Positions 39,450-49,468 of a stretch of 64,000 bases of DNA are shown piece by piece (the stretch's first letter is position 1; each line of letters begins with the position of its first letter). The position numbers and the translations under genes are program-made. Under the pieces are notes generated by a model, which was given only the letters and a program-made list of their open reading frames with translations, had not been told where the DNA came from and searched no databases. Where the stretch lies: NCBI GenBank assembly GCA_014896255.1, contig JADBKT010000003.1, positions 3,660 to 67,659 of the forward strand, given 5' to 3'. This DNA comes from Hydrogenibacillus sp. (lineage in GTDB: Bacteria; Bacillota; Bacilli; Thermicanales; DSM-22653).

Positions 39450-40323
39450 CGCTTCGCCCCCTTCCGGCGTGCACGGCGAGCACTTTGCCGAGCACGTCGC
39501 GCATCTCCTTGCGCGGCACGACGCGGTCGAGCTGTCCATGCCGAAGCAAAAACTCGGCCGTCTGAAAATCGGGCGGCAGTTCCTGGCGAATCGTCTGTTC
39601 GATGATCCGCCTTCCGGCAAAGCCGATCAAGGCTCCCGGTTCGGCGAACAAATAGTCGCCGAGCATGGCGAAGCTCGCCGACACGCCGCCCGTCGTCGGG
39701 TGGGTAAGGACGGAGATGAACAGCCCTCCGGTACGGTGAAAGCGCTCCACGGCGGCGCTCGTCTTGGCCATCTGCATGAGGGAGAGCATCCCTTCCTGCA
39801 TGCGCGCTCCGCCGGAGGCGGCGAAGATGATGAGCGGATAGCGCTTGATGCGGGCGTTTTCGATCGCCCGGGCGATCTTCTCTCCGACGACGGAGCCCAT
39901 GCTGCCCATGATGAACCGCCCGTCCATCGCCGCCATGACGACCGGATGCCCTTTGATCGTCCCCTCTCCGGTCATGACCGCTTCCGTGAGGCCGGTCTTT
40001 TGCATCGCCTGCTCGAGCTTCTCGCGGTATCCGGGAAATTCGAGAGGATCGTCGCTCACCAGATCGGCATCGTATTCAAAAAAACGGCCGCCGTCGAACG
40101 TCAGGCGAAACCGCTCCGGCGCGCTCATCGGAAAATGATGGCCGCATTTCGGACAGACATACAGATGTTGCTCCAACTCTCGAGTATAAAGAAGCGCCCC
40201 GCACTGCGGGCACTTTTCGATGATTCCTTCCGGCACATCGCCGGTCTTTTGGGTCGGGGACGGAAGCGGCCGCGGGGCACGTTTGGCTTTGGTGCTCTTT
40301 CGGAAAAACTCCCGCCAATTCAA
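39427..40323 (-). CDS. accD: Acetyl-CoA carboxylase carboxyltransferase beta
   Basis: CPQC..CPKC zinc finger, [28 protein letters not shown]. Confidence 0.96.
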
Positions 40324-40330
40324 CCGCCGC

Positions 40331-41737
40331 TCACCCCTTTGCCGCGTCCGCGCTTGGATCGCCGTCTTCGGGTGAACCGGACGGCGCTTCCATGGACGCG
40401 GCATCTTTCGGATGCACGTCTCTCGCCTGCGCCGCGCGACGTTTGCCGCCCAGAGGCGCATCTTTCAAACGCGCGCCGACGGCGTCGGAGACGCCGTTTT
40501 CTTCCTGAAGGCGCCGGACGCGCGAGAGCGTCTCTTCATAAATCGCGTCCGGATCACGGCGCAAGCGGGCCACGCCGGTTTCGATCGCCGCCCTGGCCAC
40601 GGCGCGGGCGACGCTCGGCGCGACGCGCGGGTCGAACGGCGAGGGGATGATGTAATCCGGCCTAAGGTCCGCAGGATCGATCAGCTCGGCGATGGCCTGG
40701 GCCGCCGCAAACTTCATCTCTTCGTTGATCGTCGTCGCCCGCACGTCGAGCGCCCCGCGGAAAATGCCGGGGAAGGCGAGGACGTTGTTCACCTGGTTCG
40801 GGTAGTCCGAGCGCCCCGTGCCGACAACCGCGGCACCGGCGGCGAAGGCCTCTTCGGGCATGATCTCCGGCGTCGGATTGGCCATGGCGAAGATGATCGG
40901 CCGCTCGTTCATCGACGCGACCATCTCCGGCGTCACCGAACCGCCGACGGAGACGCCGATGAACACGTCCGCCCCTTTCAGCGCGTCGGCGAGTCCGCCC
41001 GACCGCCGGGCGCGGTTGGTAAGACGGGCGATCTCTTCTTTGATCGGGTTCATCCCCTCGGTACGCCCCTCGTAGATGATGCCCTTGGTGTCCACCATGA
41101 TGATGTGCCGGACGCCGAAGGTGAGGAGCAGCTTGACGATGGCCACGCCGGCGGCGCCGGCGCCGCTCACCACGACGCGAATGTCGGGAAGGGTTTTGTC
41201 TACGATCTTGAGCGCGTTGATCAGCCCGGCCAAAGTGACGATCGCCGTGCCGTGCTGATCGTCGTGAAAGACGGGGATGGAGAGCGTTTTTTTCAGCCGT
41301 TCTTCGATTTCGAAACATTTCGGGGCGGCGATATCCTCCAAGTTGATGCCGCCGAACGTCGGCGCGATGCGCGAGACGACCTCGACGAAGTCGTCTACGG
41401 CGTCGCTCGCGACGACGATCGGGAAGCTGTCGATGTCGGCAAACGCCTTAAAGAGCAGCGCCTTTCCTTCCATCACCGGAAGCGCCGCCTCGGGGCCGAT
41501 GTTGCCGAGTCCCAAGACCGCCGTCCCGTCGGAGATGACGGCGACGAGGTTATGTTTGATCGTATACTCGTAGACGCGCTTCTTGTCTTCATAGATTTCC
41601 TTACACGGTTCGGCCACCCACGGAGAGTAGGCAAGCGACAGATCGTAGGCCGTCGCGTGCGGCACCTTCGGCCGCACGGAAAGCTTGCCGCCGTGCTCCC
41701 GGTGCAGTCGCAGCGCGAGAAGGCGCATGTCGTTCAT
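40331..41737 (-). CDS. NAD(P)-dependent malic enzyme (YtsJ/MaeB-like) with a low-complexity C-terminal tail
   Basis: [40 protein letters not shown]. The track start at 41779 lies inside the -10 box. Confidence 0.93.
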   Translation of the reverse strand: MNDMRLLALRLHREHGGKLSVRPKVPHATAYDLSLAYSPWVAEPCKEIYEDKKRVYEYTIKHNLVAVISDGTAVLGLGNIGPEAALPVMEGKALLFKAFADIDSFPIVVASDAVDDFVEVVSRIAPTFGGINLEDIAAPKCFEIEERLKKTLSIPVFHDDQHGTAIVTLAGLINALKIVDKTLPDIRVVVSGAGAAGVAIVKLLLTFGVRHIIMVDTKGIIYEGRTEGMNPIKEEIARLTNRARRSGGLADALKGADVFIGVSVGGSVTPEMVASMNERPIIFAMANPTPEIMPEEAFAAGAAVVGTGRSDYPNQVNNVLAFPGIFRGALDVRATTINEEMKFAAAQAIAELIDPADLRPDYIIPSPFDPRVAPSVARAVARAAIETGVARLRRDPDAIYEETLSRVRRLQEENGVSDAVGARLKDAPLGGKRRAAQARDVHPKDAASMEAPSGSPEDGDPSADAAKG

Positions 41738-41777
41738 GTTGAAGATTCGCTCCTTTACAGACGTTTCAGCTTGTTTC

Positions 41778-41805
41778 ATTATACCACTCGCCGTCGGGAT
41801 GACAA
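41778..41805 (-). promoter_or_regulatory. sigmaA promoter of the malic enzyme-accDA-pfkA-pyk block
   Basis: TTGTCA, 16 nt spacer ending TGG, TATAAT. Confidence 0.6.
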
Positions 41806-41815
41806 CGCCGTGGGA

Positions 41816-44800
41816 CTAACGCCGTTCAGACTTCCGGGTGTGGACGACGACCGCCTCCGGGCCGAGCAGCGCCTGTACCGCTTTGATGAATGAAAGCGAG
41901 GGGGTGATGCGGTATTTGTCCGACAACGCACGAACGCTTCTCCCCTCGTCGACGAGGTAGACCGGAACGTCACCGGGGTGTTGAAGCAAGACATCCTTCA
42001 GCGCCTCCAGTTTCCCGGTCAGGCGGTCGGCGGCGCGGACCCGGATGAACACCTCCCGCAGCGGCGAACCGGAGGCGGCCTTGAGTTTGTGCCGCGCCTT
42101 GACGGCCGCAAGGGGCCAGGCGTGCTCGACGGCCAGGCGCGGCGCTTCGCCGCCGTCGATGACGCGGCCGCGCAACGCATACAGGCCGCCTTCGGAGAGA
42201 TCAAAGCGGAGCCGCCGATAGGCGGCGGGATACACGACGGCCCAGGCCCGGGCGCTCAGATCATCCAAGTACAGCGAAGCCATCGGCTCTCCTCGGCGTG
42301 TCGTGCGCGGGCGGAGCTGAAGCAGTTCGGCGGCCACGGTGACGGTCGCGCCCGGCGGCATGTCGGCAAGGTCGATCAAACGGGTGATCGCCGGATCGCG
42401 CCACACCTCGGCGTAGTCCAAGAGCGGATGGTCGCTCAAGGCGACTCCGAGATACTCGCGCTCGTAGCGGGCGATCTCCCGCGGCGAAAACGGTTCGATC
42501 CCGTCTTTGGCGGCGCCGGAGGAAGCGTCGATCGACGGCGGATGCCGTTCGACGCCGCGGCGAGGCGGACTGTCGCCGAAGGCAGCTCCTTTGTCGTCTT
42601 GTTCGAACAGCACACCTTGATCTTTGTGCGCGCGCACCGCTTCGGCGTACCGAAGCGCATCGTCGAGATCGGCGAGCAATCTCGCGCGATGCCGATCGAT
42701 GGCGTCGAAGGCACCGGCGAAGATGAGCGCCTCCACCGCCCGGCGGCTCACCTGCCGCGCGTCGGTGCGCTCGAGGAGATCGATGAGCGACTTAAACGGC
42801 CCTGCCTCGCGTGCCCGAAGGATCGCCTCGGCGGCCTGCCGCCCGACGTTTTTCACGGCGAGGAGGCCGAAGCGGATCGCCTGGCCGTCGATTCGATGGA
42901 GCGCATCGGAAGCGTTGAGGTCCGGCCCGAGCAGGCGGATGCCCATGCGCCGCGCCGCGTCAACGTAAGCCGCCGTCTTGTCCGTATCGCCGAGCGTGCT
43001 GTTTAAGAGCTCCGTCATGTAAAACAGCGGATAATGCGCCTTCAGATACGCCGTCTGATAGGCGATGAGGGCGTAGGCGACGGCGTGGCTTTTGTTGAAC
43101 CCGTAATCGGCAAAACGGACGATGAGGTCATACACCGCCTCCGCGTCCGACCGCAAGACGCCCCGCGCTTCGGCGCGGGCCACGAACCGCGCCCGCTCCG
43201 CTTCCAGGGTGGCGCGGTCTTTTTTCGACACCGCCCGGCGCAAAAGATCCGCTTCGCCGAGCGAATAGCCGGAGAGCGTCTCGGCGATGCGCATGATCTG
43301 CTCCTGGTAGACGACGACGCCATACGTCGGGGAGAGGATCGGCCGAAGCGCCGGGTGCGGGTAGCGCACCGCGCTATGGCCGTGCTTGGCGCGGACGTAA
43401 TCCGAGATATGTTCCATCGGGCCCGGCCGGTAGAGGGCGATGACGGCGACGATGTCGTCAAAACCGCTCGGTTTGAGCTCCATCAACACGCGGCGCATGC
43501 CGGCCGATTCCAGCTGAAAGACGCCGTCCGTCTCCCCGCGGCTGAGGAGGGCAAACGTCTTCGCGTCGTCGAGCGGAAGGCGCCGAAGATCCGGCGCCGC
43601 GCCCGTCTCCCGCTCTACGGCGCGGACGGTGCGGTCGAGGATGGTGAGGTTCCGGAGCCCCAAAAAATCGATTTTCACCAGCCCGATGCGCGCCAGATCG
43701 TCCATCGGAAACTGCGTCACCGCGCCCGCCGCCCCGGGATAGAGCGGCACCAGCCGATCCAGCGGCTCCGGCGACAGGACGAGGCCGGCGGCGTGCGTCG
43801 AGACGTGCCGAGGCAGGCCCTCGATGTGCCGGGCGATGTCAAAAAGCCGCTTCCACTCCGGATTGGCCTCGATCTCGCGGCGAAGCGCGGCGTCTTCCTC
43901 GAGGGCCCGGGCGATCGTCATCCCCGGCTGGGCGGGGATGCGCTTCGCCAGCCGGTCGATGTCGTTCGTCGCAAGTCCCAGCACCCGACCGGCATCCCGC
44001 ACGCTCATCCGCGCGGCCATCGTTCCGAACGTGCCGATGTTCGCCACGCGCTCCGCGCCGTACGTCTCGCGGACATAGGCGAGCACCTCGTCGCGGCGGT
44101 CGTCGGCGAAGTCGATGTCGATGTCCGGTAAGTTTTGCCGCTCAGGATTCAAAAACCGCTCGAAGAGGAGATCATACCGGAGCGGATCGACGTCGGTGAT
44201 GCCGAGGGCGTACGCCACAAGGCTCCCGGCCGCCGAACCGCGCCCCGGACCGACGGGAATCCCGCGTCGCTTGGCGGCGGCCACCACATCGGCGACGATC
44301 AAGAAATAATCGCTGAAGCCCATGTGCGTGATGACCGAAAGCTCGTGCTCGAGACGCGCGGCGACCGGCTCCGGAAGGGGCGAACCATAGCGCCTCCGGG
44401 CCCCCGCCTCGGCCTCTTGCCGGAGATAGGCCGGAGCGTCCAGGCCTTCTGCTTGCGCCGATGCCGGCAAGGGGAAGCGCGGCATTTTCGGCGTGGCGTC
44501 AGGGAGACGCGCTCGGCAGCGCCGCGCGATGCGCACGGTGTTCTCCAGCGCTTCTTTGGGCCACGGTCGGCGACGGGCGAAATCGTCCGGCGCGGCGAGA
44601 TCATATCCGCGTCCTTCGAGCTTCGGGCGCAGCGGATCGGAAAGTTTCGTCCCCGCGCCGATCGCCATCAGCACCTCCTGCACCGGCGCCTCGCGTTCGT
44701 CCAAGTAGTGGACGTCGTTCGTCGCCACGAGCGGAATGCCGAGACGCCGTCCGAGCTCGACGAGATGGGCGTTCATCTTCTGCTCTTCCGGCGTTCCGTG

Positions 44801-45307
44801 ATCGGCAAGCTCCAGGTAAAACCGCTCCGGACCGAAGATATGCCGATACCAGATGGCCGCCTCCACCGCTCGGGACACATCTCCGCTCAAAATATGGCGC
44901 GCGATTTCGCCCTCTACGCCGCCGCTTAAGGCGATGAGCCCGCGGGCGTGGGCGGAGAGCGCCTCCTTCGTGACGCTCGGCACGCGGGCGGCCGGCGAAA
45001 GCTGCGCGAGGGTGGAGAGCTTGACGAGCGACGCGTAGCCGTCGTCATCTTCGGCCAAAAGGACGACATTGGCCGTCCGATCGCCTTCACCGAACACCAC
45101 GGCGAGCTCCATCCCGAGAATCGGGTGTACGCCGGCGCGCGTGCACGCTTCATAAAACGGCACCCAGCCGAAGAGCACGCCGTGATCGGTGATCGCCACG
45201 GCCTCCATGCCGCGCGCGCGGACGGCCTCGGCCAGCGCCGAAATGCGCACCGTGCTTTTGAGCAGCGTGTATTCGGTATGCACGTGCAGATGACAAAATG
45301 CCGTCAC
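41816..45307 (-). CDS. dnaE: DNA polymerase III alpha subunit
   Basis: PHP domain HLHVHTEY, GRGSAAGSL, PDIDIDF, KIDFLGL, YGFNKSHA. GTG start after a GAGGTG RBS. Confidence 0.97.
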   Translation of the reverse strand: MTAFCHLHVHTEYTLLKSTVRISALAEAVRARGMEAVAITDHGVLFGWVPFYEACTRAGVHPILGMELAVVFGEGDRTANVVLLAEDDDGYASLVKLSTLAQLSPAARVPSVTKEALSAHARGLIALSGGVEGEIARHILSGDVSRAVEAAIWYRHIFGPERFYLELADHGTPEEQKMNAHLVELGRRLGIPLVATNDVHYLDEREAPVQEVLMAIGAGTKLSDPLRPKLEGRGYDLAAPDDFARRRPWPKEALENTVRIARRCRARLPDATPKMPRFPLPASAQAEGLDAPAYLRQEAEAGARRRYGSPLPEPVAARLEHELSVITHMGFSDYFLIVADVVAAAKRRGIPVGPGRGSAAGSLVAYALGITDVDPLRYDLLFERFLNPERQNLPDIDIDFADDRRDEVLAYVRETYGAERVANIGTFGTMAARMSVRDAGRVLGLATNDIDRLAKRIPAQPGMTIARALEEDAALRREIEANPEWKRLFDIARHIEGLPRHVSTHAAGLVLSPEPLDRLVPLYPGAAGAVTQFPMDDLARIGLVKIDFLGLRNLTILDRTVRAVERETGAAPDLRRLPLDDAKTFALLSRGETDGVFQLESAGMRRVLMELKPSGFDDIVAVIALYRPGPMEHISDYVRAKHGHSAVRYPHPALRPILSPTYGVVVYQEQIMRIAETLSGYSLGEADLLRRAVSKKDRATLEAERARFVARAEARGVLRSDAEAVYDLIVRFADYGFNKSHAVAYALIAYQTAYLKAHYPLFYMTELLNSTLGDTDKTAAYVDAARRMGIRLLGPDLNASDALHRIDGQAIRFGLLAVKNVGRQAAEAILRAREAGPFKSLIDLLERTDARQVSRRAVEALIFAGAFDAIDRHRARLLADLDDALRYAEAVRAHKDQGVLFEQDDKGAAFGDSPPRRGVERHPPSIDASSGAAKDGIEPFSPREIARYEREYLGVALSDHPLLDYAEVWRDPAITRLIDLADMPPGATVTVAAELLQLRPRTTRRGEPMASLYLDDLSARAWAVVYPAAYRRLRFDLSEGGLYALRGRVIDGGEAPRLAVEHAWPLAAVKARHKLKAASGSPLREVFIRVRAADRLTGKLEALKDVLLQHPGDVPVYLVDEGRSVRALSDKYRITPSLSFIKAVQALLGPEAVVVHTRKSERR

Positions 45308-45324
45308 CGCGATCACCTCGGGGA

Positions 45325-45353
45325 TCATGTTCCCTAAAGACTGCGCATACGCT
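45325..45353 (+). promoter_or_regulatory. sigmaE-type promoter of ytrH-ytrI
   Basis: TCATGTT, 14 nt spacer, CATACGCT, matching the sigmaE consensus (TCATATT-N14-CATACAxT). Confidence 0.65.
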
Positions 45354-45405
45354 GGATGTGAGCAACGCCGGCGCACCTGGGCGCTTTTCACAAGCCGAAG
45401 AAAGG

Positions 45406-45732
45406 ATGGTCGCCTTGGCCCGGCTGGTCACCATTTTTTTCATCGCCTTCGGCACCACCTTAGGCGGCGCGCTGTTCGCCGGACTGGCGGCGGTGCTCAC
45501 GCGGCAGGCGCCGTACGAGCTGATGAAAGAAGTGGCCCGCGACTTGAAGATGTGGGCCGTCATCGCCGCCGTCGGCGGCACGTTCGCCGCCCTGCGCGGC
45601 ATCGAAGAAGGATTTCTCGGAGGGCAGCCGTCGTCGTTGGTCAAACAACTCTTCTATCTGGCCAGCGCCTTGCTCGGCGCGCAGGCCGCCGCCGCCGTTC
45701 TCCTCGCCGCCCTCGGCGCGCGCGACGGATGA
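45406..45732 (+). CDS. ytrH: YtrH family sporulation membrane protein
   Basis: FFIAFGTTLGG, LKMWAVIAAVGGTF, KQLFYLASALLGAQ. Divergent from dnaE. The start may be TTG at 45415. Confidence 0.85.
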   Translation: MVALARLVTIFFIAFGTTLGGALFAGLAAVLTRQAPYELMKEVARDLKMWAVIAAVGGTFAALRGIEEGFLGGQPSSLVKQLFYLASALLGAQAAAAVLLAALGARDG

Positions 45733-45774
45733 GCCGAAGGTGTAAGATGAGCGATCGAGGAAAGAAGGGGCAGC

Positions 45775-46254
45775 GTGATCTGGACGAATACCCCCGGCCG
45801 ACGGGCGCTTCAGTGCGCAGCCGTCTTTTTGCTCGGCGCGATCGCCGGGAGCCTCCTCATGCTCCTGGAACTCGGCGGCGAGCTCAACCGCCTCAGCCTG
45901 GAGCGGGCCAAACTCGCCACGGAGAAGGCCCATCTCGCCGAGCGCTTGGAACGCCAAGAGACTGCCGGCGCCGACTGGGCGATGCGCACGCAGGTACGCG
46001 ACGTGGATGTACACATCGAACCATTGGACAACGCCATGGCCGAACAGACCCTCGTCCGTCGCGTGCTGGCCGACATGCGGATCTTGATCGGCAAAAACAT
46101 CGCCGACGTCACCGCCGCCCAGGACCTCCTCTTCCGCTCCTTCGCCAATCGGGCATACGCCATCGACGGAAAAACGTACTTCGTCACCTTAAAAGCGCTC
46201 GTCATCGGCCCGACGGTGACCCTCTATGTCGTCGCCCGAAACGGTGCGCCTTAA
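45775..46254 (+). CDS. ytrI: YtrI family sporulation membrane protein
   Basis: One N-terminal TM (FLLGAIAG), a coiled coil, and position directly after ytrH. Confidence 0.7.
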   Translation: MIWTNTPGRRALQCAAVFLLGAIAGSLLMLLELGGELNRLSLERAKLATEKAHLAERLERQETAGADWAMRTQVRDVDVHIEPLDNAMAEQTLVRRVLADMRILIGKNIADVTAAQDLLFRSFANRAYAIDGKTYFVTLKALVIGPTVTLYVVARNGAP

Positions 46255-46260
46255 AGCGGC

Positions 46261-47574
46261 TCACCCTTCCCACAAGTGCGCCCGGAAATATCCTTTGGCC
46301 ACAAGCTTCCCTTCGGCGTAAACGTCGTTTTCCAGCTGCACCGTCTTGCGCCCGGCGTCGAAAATCACCGGCACGATCTCGATGCGCGCGTCGATCGGCA
46401 CCGGACGAAGAAAATAGACGTGCGCGTCTTCGATTTCATAATCGCCGCGCAACGCCCCTTTGAGCGCCCGGCGCGCGGACTCGAGCAGCAAGTTGGTGAG
46501 CACGCCGTTGGAAAGCACCCCGAAGCGGTTGGACATCTGCGGGACGACGGCGGCGCTGAAGCGGGCGTCGGACTTCCCCGGGATATCTTCGCTCAAGTGA
46601 GAAAACATCAGATCGTCGAACGTATCGCCGATCTGCGGCTGCTTTTGCAGTATTTGCATGGCCTTGAGGACGTCTTTGCGCGTGAGCACGCCGATGAGCC
46701 GCCGGGCGCCGTCGACGACGGGCATGAGGTGAATCCCTTCCCAGATCATCGCGTGGGCTGAAGCGGCCAGCGTGTAGTGCGGCCGGGCGTACGTCGCGTT
46801 CGGGCGGACGATCGCTCGAAGCGGCGTGGCCGGATCGTGACCGATCACGTCGCGGGAAGAGACGACGCCGTAGACGACGCCCTCTTCGGTGACCACCGGA
46901 AAATGATGGTGGCCGGTCTCCTGGGAAAGGCGCATCACCGCCCCGGCATCGGCGGACAGGGCGACGTAGACCGTTTTGTCGAGCGGGATCATGACGTCTT
47001 CGACGCGCAAGATCTCTTTCTTGATCAAGTTGTCGAAGATGGCGCGGTTGATCATCGAAGCGACGGTGAACGTGTCGTAGGAGCAGGAGATGATCGGGAG
47101 TTTCAGCTCGTCGGCCAGCTGCTTGGTCGTCTCGCGGGCCTCGAAGCCGCCGGTGATGAGCACCGCCGCGCCTGCGAGCAGCGCCATGCGGTGCGCCTCG
47201 TCGCGGTTGCCGACAATGAGCAAGTTTCCCGGCTCGACGTATTTCATCATGTCGTCGAGCTTCATCGCCCCGATGACGAACTTGTTCAGGCGCTTGTGCA
47301 ACCCTTCCCGCCCGCCGAGCACGACGCCGTCGACGATGGAGACGACTTCGGCGAAGGTGAGCATCTCCAGCGTCTCTCGCCGTTTGCGCTCGATGCGGAT
47401 CGTCCCGACCCGCTCGATGGTGCTGACGAACCCCAGCGTCTCCGCCTCTTTGATCGCCCGGTACGCCGTCCCTTCGCTGACTTGAAGCGCTTTCGCCACT
47501 TGGCGCACGGAGATCTTTTCGCCGATCGGCAGATCTTCGATGTATTTGAGGATTTGTTCGTGCTTCGTCGTCAC
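46261..47574 (-). CDS. ytoI: YtoI-like protein (HTH, DRTGG, CBS pair, hot-dog domain)
   Basis: TKHEQILKYI, VSEGTAYRAIK, FVIGAM, IVGNR, CBS repeats. Confidence 0.85.
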   Translation of the reverse strand: MTTKHEQILKYIEDLPIGEKISVRQVAKALQVSEGTAYRAIKEAETLGFVSTIERVGTIRIERKRRETLEMLTFAEVVSIVDGVVLGGREGLHKRLNKFVIGAMKLDDMMKYVEPGNLLIVGNRDEAHRMALLAGAAVLITGGFEARETTKQLADELKLPIISCSYDTFTVASMINRAIFDNLIKKEILRVEDVMIPLDKTVYVALSADAGAVMRLSQETGHHHFPVVTEEGVVYGVVSSRDVIGHDPATPLRAIVRPNATYARPHYTLAASAHAMIWEGIHLMPVVDGARRLIGVLTRKDVLKAMQILQKQPQIGDTFDDLMFSHLSEDIPGKSDARFSAAVVPQMSNRFGVLSNGVLTNLLLESARRALKGALRGDYEIEDAHVYFLRPVPIDARIEIVPVIFDAGRKTVQLENDVYAEGKLVAKGYFRAHLWEG

Positions 47575-47775
47575 AACCCATCCTCCATCGTCGACCCTCG
47601 GTCGAATTGTAACAGCGCTCTCACTCATTATAGGACAGTGGATCTCCGCGCCGCAAACGGACGTCCGGACGTTGGCCGACGAGCCGCACGTTCCGCTGAA
47701 AGCGGCGCACAATGAAAGCCGCCGCCGCTCGTTACGTGGAGCGACGGCGGCTTTCGTGCGCGCCGAGCCCTTCTG

Positions 47776-48081
47776 TCAGTCGCGTGTCCGTTCCACACCG
47801 GACATCCGTCGCGCTTCCGTCGCCGCCACAGGCCGCACCCTTCCGGCGTGCGGATGCATGGATCGCCGGGCGTGTTTCAGTCGGATGCGGGCTTCCGCCT
47901 GCGCTTGTGCGTTTTCGTACGCGAGTCGACGGGCAAAAAGCGCCACGAACGCCACGCCGAGCCAGACGACGGCGAAGACCCGTCCGAGCGGAGCCGCCGA
48001 CCAGCGCGGAGACAAAAATACAAAGGCGAAGATGAGAAGAAAGAGCGAAATGAAGGAGAGTCTCCATCTCAACCGCGGCAT
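47776..48081 (-). CDS. Small hypothetical membrane protein (2 TM)
   Basis: GGAGGG RBS, two hydrophobic helices (LSFISLFLLIFAFVFL; VFAVVWLGVAFVALFA) and a basic tail. Confidence 0.55.
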   Translation of the reverse strand: MPRLRWRLSFISLFLLIFAFVFLSPRWSAAPLGRVFAVVWLGVAFVALFARRLAYENAQAQAEARIRLKHARRSMHPHAGRVRPVAATEARRMSGVERTRD

Positions 48082-48248
48082 GGCCGATCCCTCCGCAATC
48101 CAGGCAACTGAACGGCGTCGCCCATCGTGAAGCGCTCGGACAACCCCGCCGTTTAAGCCTATGCGCGAAGGGACGGCGGTAGACCTCGGCGGGCGGCGCC
48201 ACTTCGAGGGGGCAGCGTCAAAGGCGGCACGGCGCCCGCCCGCCGACC

Positions 48249-48935
48249 TCAGACGGAAAGCGACTCCCCGGGAGACAAGGCCAGGCCTTCGATGCCGCGT
48301 TCCTTGAGATTGCGAACAAAGGCGTCGACATCTTGAACGATGACCGGGAAGGTGTTGTAGTGAATCGGGATGACCCTCGGCCGACCGAGCCACTCGGCGG
48401 CGACGACCGCTTCCTCCGGACCCATGGTGAAATTGTCGCCGATGGGCAAGAAGGCGATCCGCGGCCGGTACAGCTCGCCGATCAGTTTCATATCGCCGAA
48501 CAGCGCCGTATCTCCGGCGTGATAGAGGACCGTGCCTTCCGCTTCGATGATCGCGCCGGCCGGCATGCCGAGATAAACGATCCGGCCGTCTTCCTCGATC
48601 AGCGACGAGCTGTGGAAGGCCTGCACGAGGCGGACGGTGCCGAACGGAAAACGATGCGCACCGCCCAGGTTCATCGGATGGACGTTCGCTCCTTTGGCGC
48701 CGAAGTACGAGGCGAGTTCAAACGTGGCGATGATCGTCGCCTTGTGCCGCTCGGCCAGCGCCAAGGCGTCACCGGTATGGTCGCTGTGGCCGTGCGTGAG
48801 GACGATATAGTCGGCGCGGACGGCATCGGCCTTGACCTTCGCGAGCGGGTTGTCGCTCAAATACGGATCGATCCATACATGCGCATCGCCGATGACGAGT
48901 TCCACCGTCGCATGACCGTGATAGCGGATTTCCAC
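48249..48935 (-). CDS. Metal-dependent hydrolase, beta-lactamase fold (YtkL/UPF0173)
   Basis: THGHSDH, AFHSSS, HAGDT, LPIGDNFTMG, PIHYNTFP. Confidence 0.92.
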   Translation of the reverse strand: MEIRYHGHATVELVIGDAHVWIDPYLSDNPLAKVKADAVRADYIVLTHGHSDHTGDALALAERHKATIIATFELASYFGAKGANVHPMNLGGAHRFPFGTVRLVQAFHSSSLIEEDGRIVYLGMPAGAIIEAEGTVLYHAGDTALFGDMKLIGELYRPRIAFLPIGDNFTMGPEEAVVAAEWLGRPRVIPIHYNTFPVIVQDVDAFVRNLKERGIEGLALSPGESLSV

Positions 48936-48940
48936 GATGT

Positions 48941-49291
48941 TCAGCTCCCTTCGTCCATGAAGTGGGCCAGCCGGTTGAACGGTTCGGCCAAAATCTTTTG
49001 AATGTCCTCGTAGATCATCGCCAACTCGTGCTCGAGCAAGAGCAGCCGGTCGATCTCCGGATTGAGGCGCACGGTATCGACCAATCGGTGATAGCGCTGT
49101 TCGTCTTCGACGCTCGGCGCCTCTCCGGACAGCTGCTTAAGCTGCAGCGCGACTTCCAGTTCCCGCAAATCTCGAAGCATCGCTTTGCTCGTCTCGTCAT
49201 CGGCGATCCGCTGATAGATCCCCTTGAGCTCTTGATACGGCGCGCTCGCCTCGATCAAGTGGGCCAATTCATAAGCCAGACCGTAATCCAT
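48941..49291 (-). CDS. yheA: YheA/YlbF (Com_YlbF) family protein
   Basis: AYELAHLIEASAPY...LLLEHELAMIYEDIQKIL. Divergent from the yheC/D genes, as in B. subtilis. Confidence 0.75.
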   Translation of the reverse strand: MDYGLAYELAHLIEASAPYQELKGIYQRIADDETSKAMLRDLRELEVALQLKQLSGEAPSVEDEQRYHRLVDTVRLNPEIDRLLLLEHELAMIYEDIQKILAEPFNRLAHFMDEGS

Positions 49292-49400
49292 CTTCATCCC
49301 CCTCATCGCTTGCGCCGCCCAGTGCGCGAACACCGGTTGCCGCCCTATTTCCTCCCTATTGTACCGAAATTCGGCAACCGGCGTAAACCGGCTTTCCGCG

Positions 49401-49428
49401 CACACGCAGAGCGGCAGCCGCATACCAT
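49401..49428 (+). promoter_or_regulatory. sigmaK-like (mother-cell) promoter of the YheC/D operon
   Basis: CACA (49401-04), 16 nt spacer, CATACCAT (49421-28), fitting MACM-N16-CATAxxxT. Confidence 0.5.
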
Positions 49429-49468
49429 GGTCATGCCGACACTTGGTCAGTGCGAATCCAAAGTAGGG

